The notes under the pieces are model-generated. The model was not told the origin of the DNA, did not search any database, and worked only from the letters and a program-made list of their open reading frames with translations. A DNA stretch of 64,000 nucleotides from Balanoglossus misakiensis (Eukaryota; Animalia; Hemichordata). Positions 58,783 to 64,000 of the stretch are shown one piece after another; within the stretch, counting starts at the first letter, position 1, and every line of letters starts with the position of its first letter. Location: the NCBI GenBank assembly GCA_040954595.2, contig CM082588.2, positions 4,156,156-4,220,155 on the forward strand. Reading direction: 5' to 3'. The position numbers and the translations under genes are program-made.

Positions 58783-59865
58783 GGAAAGAGTGAAACCCTT
58801 CCTGCTAACTCTTCCCTAGTCCCAAAGACTGAACACATCAGTAGGTATTTTGTGCCATCGCTTCTCAAAGCTGAGATAGACGAAGTTGATTTACTGCCTC
58901 CGGGCAGCACCTCTTGCCAATATCCTCTGTGTTTCCACTTTCAAGACGGGTTTCTTCCGAACGGACTCTATCACCGCTTAGTCGCCAGGTGCCTGAGGGA
59001 ATGGCCTTGTAATGCTCGCATGTATAAAAACTGCGCTCAATTTGTTCTTGATGAAAACCATGATTGCTTGCTCAGTAAGTCTGATAGCGACATCACAGTA
59101 AACGTCGTACACACCCCACTCGAGAGAGATTTGGAGAACGATGACGAACCAGGTCCCCGCTGGTGCATGTTTGTCAGGAGGGTGGTCGACGGAAATTTGA
59201 ATGATTTGATTGGACAGTGGGTGCCGGGGTCGTCGTTTAGAGTTTGTGTGAAATGTCCCTGCTCTGAGAAGAATCTCGGCAATAAGTCGTCTCGTCAGTG
59301 CCCGGCGCATTACATCAAAGTTTCGGAGAAAATCGTGAAGAAGGGAGCAGTGCAATGCAAATACCACCACCGGTGGAGAACAGAGCCTCTGAAGAGGTGG
59401 TTCATGCATGACGCTTCTGTGAAAACGCAACACTCACTCCAACAAGCTCAGGAACCCCAGGAGGAAACGGTCGGACTCTTCAACCAGAATGAACCAGTGC
59501 AGTGCTTGAACGAGAAGATATCTGCCCAAGAGTTTGAGAGCTTGACAATGCTAGGCAGCCTCAAACACGTTCCTTTCTCAACCAGACAGAAAATGTCCAT
59601 GTACCTGGACGATACTTCAAACAGACTACTCGCCGACTATCGATCACTGGCATCAGAGCTGAACTACACAAATCTCGAAATCAGTCAATTTTCAATCGCG
59701 TTCCAACAGGGTAAAAGCCCAACATTGGAGCTTCTGCGATCGTATGAGAGTTGTTCCAACTCCACCATAGCAAGAGTGGCTGCTGCGCTCATAAAACTTG
59801 AAAGACACGATGTTTTGAAAGAATTGTTCAGTGGCCTTAATATCAAATATTGCTATACGTTTTGA
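51642..59865 (+). CDS. ROCO protein: ankyrin repeats - ROC GTPase - COR - death domain, no kinase; about 16 exons
   Basis: ANK exons at 51642-51752, 52541-52642, 53039-53140, 53392-53493, 54154-54252, 54385-54486, 54818-54916, 55038-55112. ROC motifs GQQGVGKTSL, STNGI, FWDFGGQSVFYTTHQVFLT, VILVGTHKD. COR motifs WMGEEIPIKWL, DPQWLIDVFK. Death-fold tail DYRSLASELN..SPTLELL..LERHDV in terminal exon 58051-59865. Confidence 0.92.
55225..55295. mobile_element. Truncated, inverted second copy of the 49376-49460 piggyBac-type MITE
   Basis: Aligns to the reverse complement of that element (..TGAACCTCTATAGA..CTGGGGGTGAAAGGG|TTA); one TIR is missing. Confidence 0.85.
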
Positions 59866-60777
59866 ATAGCACTTCCATGTTGTACAAGTTGATGACACCC
59901 TAGGATGCAAATTCTGTCGGTTTTTGTCAAAATAAAGTTTGTGCAAGTTTCATATGGCGAATATGGATTTACCCACAGCTAGCACATAAGTAAAATTCAG
60001 CCAAACGGATTTACTTCCCCTTTGAAACTAAGAAAGAAAAAAGTAAGAATTGTAGTCTTGTCGGAAGTATTGGAACAAAAGCTTTAATATTCAAATATTT
60101 ATGACACTTTATATTTATGCTGCTTTTATATTTTTATAACGTTTCATGGTCTAGATCCCAATGTGGATACTGTTTTAATAAAAGCTTAAAATTACGATTA
60201 CACGTTTGTACTATTGATGTCTATGAAGTATGAATACATGAATGAATCTAAGAATGAACGAACGAACGAATGAATGAATGAAGACCAAATTTGCGGGAAT
60301 GTTGAGTCTAAATATATTATCTGGCAGGGTTTGCTCATCCATCTGGTACCAGTTATTTTTTCTAGGATGTTGCCCCAAGGACAACTGTCATAATAACAGA
60401 AAGTTCTCTAACAGATCTTTTATATCCTAATCTCAAAGTTCCAATATATCGGTGTTTGGCATCGCCACCGACAGGGCGTTGACCTTTTATTACAACACCA
60501 CACGTGCTCTGTTACATGCCCGTTGTGTCAGCCTGATAAAAATCGTGTGTCCGTTTAATTAAAAAAACGCCTCAGTCGACTTGCGTTGCAGGAGCGACGC
60601 TTTTCAGTGTGTCTTCCCCAGAGCCCGATCAGTTTTCTTATTCACAATTCAATTCAATTCAATTCCTTTTTATCAACACATGTACGTACGAAGCCATGAT
60701 CATTAGTAAATTGTCTGGCCACAGGACACAACATCGCGGCCGTGAAGTCGCAATATCCCCGCATACAGAGAATGGAA

Positions 60778-60914
60778 ATGGCTCTGAAAATATGATAGCC
60801 ACAGGAAGCATATTAAGGGGCAGTTCTCTCCATCCGCGTGGCCTTGTACGAAATTCTTAATCATGTACCATGTCTTTGCTATAATGATGCTGTTCTCCTT
60901 TAGGTAGGGTGTTA
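60778..60914 (+). repeat. Diverged duplicate of the ROCO last-intron 3' end and splice acceptor (57919-58057)
   Basis: Colinear shared blocks: ATAGCCACAGGA, GTGGCCTTGTA, TGTCTTTGCTAT, TGTTCTCCTTT-GGTAG|GGTGTT. Confidence 0.85.
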
Positions 60915-61550
60915 ATGATACAGAAACTTGATAGTTTACTTACTGTATAGAGGGGGCTGCAAACCACGAGAAAGGGCCGACCTTCGATTTTCGTCGTCAC
61001 TTTCTTATGTACATCATCTTAAATGAGACTATCAACACTTTGGAAAATCCTGTCCATATCGTCACAGTCATGACCTGCGCTTTCCCTCCCTGTCGGAAAT
61101 TACTCTGGGTAACGAATGGGTCGTTGTTGTCACTACTTTCAGCCATGGTGTCTGTACGTCAACGACTGAGTCTCGAATGATGGAAGTGGCGCCTCACCGA
61201 CCATCTGGCAAATGAATTGGCTGTGTCATTCACCAGGTGCATTGTGTGAGGCTTGTGATTGGTTGATGTGCTTGAGAAGTTACTTAGTATACCAAGATCA
61301 CAGATGTTGCCCTAATGCTACGTGTTGAAAGCCGGATGATGTTCTCGTGTCGTGAAATCGTTCAGATATTGAACTCCACTCGGATCTGCGGCCCTCTTGT
61401 CGTCAAATAGTTGAACGATTGCACTACACTCGTACATTTATCCTTTACTTATTATCACTTTGAACCCACCGCATCAAGATTCTCAGGCCCCAATGAACAG
61501 TTTTAATACTTAGAAAAAGTTTTTTTTTTCAGTGCTTTGTGTCTAAATCC

Positions 61551-63314
61551 TTAGTAGATGATTCCGTGATAAAGTCTGTCAGCGATACTCTCTGGTAAAT
61601 GTGTGAATACCAGTCTCCGGATATGCCAATACAGATTCATCGGATAATATCGAATCTTTGGTGTTTCTGATATAACGGCGTCTGTGTACGCTTCCACGAC
61701 GGGCGAAGTGTCACCACACCCGCTTGAGCAGTACGACTGCATAGTGTTCATCACTTTATCAAAGTAATCCCTCCCATAATCTTGTTTCACATCCTCTGCC
61801 ATCCCTTCCCAAAGCTCCTTGGCCGTTTCACTGACCATCTTTTCGGAGAGGATCCCCGTGGCCGCGATATAGTTGCCGGGTTCGATGAGGCTGACACGAA
61901 CTCCCCACCGCCGCATTTCGTAACGCAGACAGTCGGAGAATCCCTGGACGGCGAATTTGGATGTACAGTAGAGGGACCTTGACGGGACTGCATGCCGTGA
62001 AATTCCGCTTGCCATATTGACCACTCGACCTGCACAAAACATTGTGAGACAATCAGGATTTCATGACCTAACAGCAAAGAATAACGCGACAAAAACCATT
62101 TCGACATAGGATTTTCATATCTGGGTTTACTAAGATGCCAAATCCACGATAGTTGTGTACTTTTTGTATGGAGTTCGATTAAACGGGTGCGGTACCCGTT
62201 TAATAATGTATAACGTGTTAAAATCGCAACAGCCACAATCGGACCAATCTATGTTGAAAAGTAAAATCCTGAATAAAGCGCAAAAAAGTGGCAGCTCATG
62301 GGGGCTTTGAACGAAAGGACAAACTGACCCTTGGCCTTTCTGATTAGAGGCAGAACCGCCTTGGTGATACGTATCATTCCAAGTACGTTGACTTCGTAAA
62401 TAAACCGATATTTTTCCGTGCTACACCATTCCACTTCACCGAATGAGGATGCCCCAGCATTATTCACAATTGCCCACAAACCTGTCGAAGAAAATGACAT
62501 GCTAGCCTATTGGTGAGATGGTGTAAGGCTGTACGTACACTGGGAGATCACTGTTTCTCATGTTACGGTTACATTATTACCCACTATCCCATTCAGCACA
62601 TAGATCAGTCAGAAATTAAGTTCAGTTTCCTCATGTTTCTAACAAATAAACCGAAATATATTTGTCCATCGTTTAAAACTTGTATTCAAGTCTGGATTTG
62701 AATGCAATTGTCTACAATGACAATTGTATAGACCTGGTGAAATGAGAATGCAGTGCCAATATATATTACGGAGCCTTCAGTAATTACAACGGGTGGGCCC
62801 TGGAAGTCAAGACGCACTTGTACTGTACAAAAGTTACCCTTCCTCCAATTCCCCCGGCCCACCCCCTGCAAATACTGAAGACTCCCTCACCGTCGGTCTT
62901 GTTTGGAAGTTTCTCCTTGATTAGCTGTACAGCTTCTTTAACTTCTTGTTCTGAGGTTACATCAAGCTGGAGTACAAAAAGTCGACCGGGATCGACATCT
63001 TCCAACTCCTTTGATCCACTGCCACCGGCCCTGTTCTTCATCAAACACCCGGCGAAGACGAGAAACCCGAGCGAGTGGAGGTGCTTCGCAAGCCGCAGAC
63101 CGAATCCGGAATCGCACCCGGTGATCAAGACTGCCTTGCCGTTAACTGGTAGGCGTCTCCTCGGGGTGCAAATCCTGGCCACGAACGCTGTGGCTGCCAC
63201 TACGATAAAGCCCATACCTGTTTTCGCCGCCAGACTGGAGGCTGGAAGAATTACACACGTCATTAGCAGCCACAGCAGTACAGGTAGTATCATGAACTGG
63301 ATGATCGACGTCAT
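61551..63314 (-). CDS. BDH1: D-beta-hydroxybutyrate dehydrogenase-like short-chain dehydrogenase (SDR9C), 3 coding exons
   Basis: AVLITGCDSGFG, GLWAIVNNAG..SFGEVEW, YCTSK (YxxxK), FSDCLRYEM, IEPGNYIAAT. Exons at about 62891-63314, 62329-62481 and 61551-62029. Confidence 0.85.
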
Positions 63315-63520
63315 TTCTGAGTGATAGCAACCTACGAAAATATCTTCCGGTTGGTGTTTCAGGGATCAGTCTATTGCAACTGAACTGGTACGACCTTTGA
63401 CCGGTTTCGGCGTTCAATTATGTGAGCCCTAAGCGTCGGCAAGAGTTTGCTCAGAGAGATAGCGTACAACAGGTGGTTGTATGGCCGCACATGACATATA
63501 AACGTATCGTCGTCAAGGTA

Positions 63521-63531
63521 TCATCATCATC

Positions 63532-63563
<32 letters not shown>

Positions 63564-63565
63564 CA
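63521..63565. repeat. (CAT)n microsatellite
   Basis: Visible CAT run. Confidence 0.95.
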
Positions 63566-64000
63566 GGTAGCCCATAAGGGTCTGTACAAATAGGTGTCAG
63601 ACACCACCATGCACTTTATACGGCTATTGCTACCCTTCCTGACTTTCAAACCCAGCCATTCATAATCACCAAAACTTCACTCACACGCAACGTCTCAACA
63701 AAGACGTTTTCAGCACTAGAAAGGACAGAAAGCACAGAAGTGTAGTTAACTCCACATTTGCTTTTTATTACAACAGTAAATTGCACTTCACATCATCTCA
63801 AAAACCTCAGTACAAATTTCCAATAAAGTTTATAGAACAAAATAAATCACCACACAAGTGACCAAAACCTATGATTTATGCAAAAGTCATACAGTTTTCG
63901 AAAACAAAACTTCAAGTATAGCGCTAACAGAAAGTGGATATGTGACGGGAGAACGTGAAATATAAGATGAAATAAATTCGATTAAAAACAAGTTTGTGTT

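Noticed and set aside
51642-59865. Naming the gene DAPK1 or LRRK2
   Set aside because: No kinase or LRR exons found, so orthology is not supportable.

Overview
Intron-rich metazoan genomic DNA. My impression is an invertebrate deuterostome such as a hemichordate, but the taxon cannot be fixed from the sequence alone. Left to right: first coding exon of an Rnd-type Rho GTPase (-); an intronless SGNH-family membrane protein (-); an 11-coding-exon ankyrin-repeat gene (+) whose intron holds a full-length, intact Tx1-clade (Kibi/Koshi-like) LINE inserted inside a (GAT/ATC)n microsatellite; a small secreted protein of three tandem 8-Cys domains whose first six Cys follow eclosion-hormone spacing (-); a class-V PLP C-S lyase (Egt2/LCD/CefD-like, +); NT5DC1 (+); SOD2 (-) head-to-head with WTAP (+); a kinase-less ANK-ROC-COR-Death ROCO gene (+); and BDH1 (-). 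There are also several MITEs and microsatellites. The best novelty candidates are the apparently (ATC)n-targeting retrotransposon and the triple EH-like-domain protein. Exon models were read by hand from splice signals and reading frame. Family assignments come from remembered motifs, not database searches.
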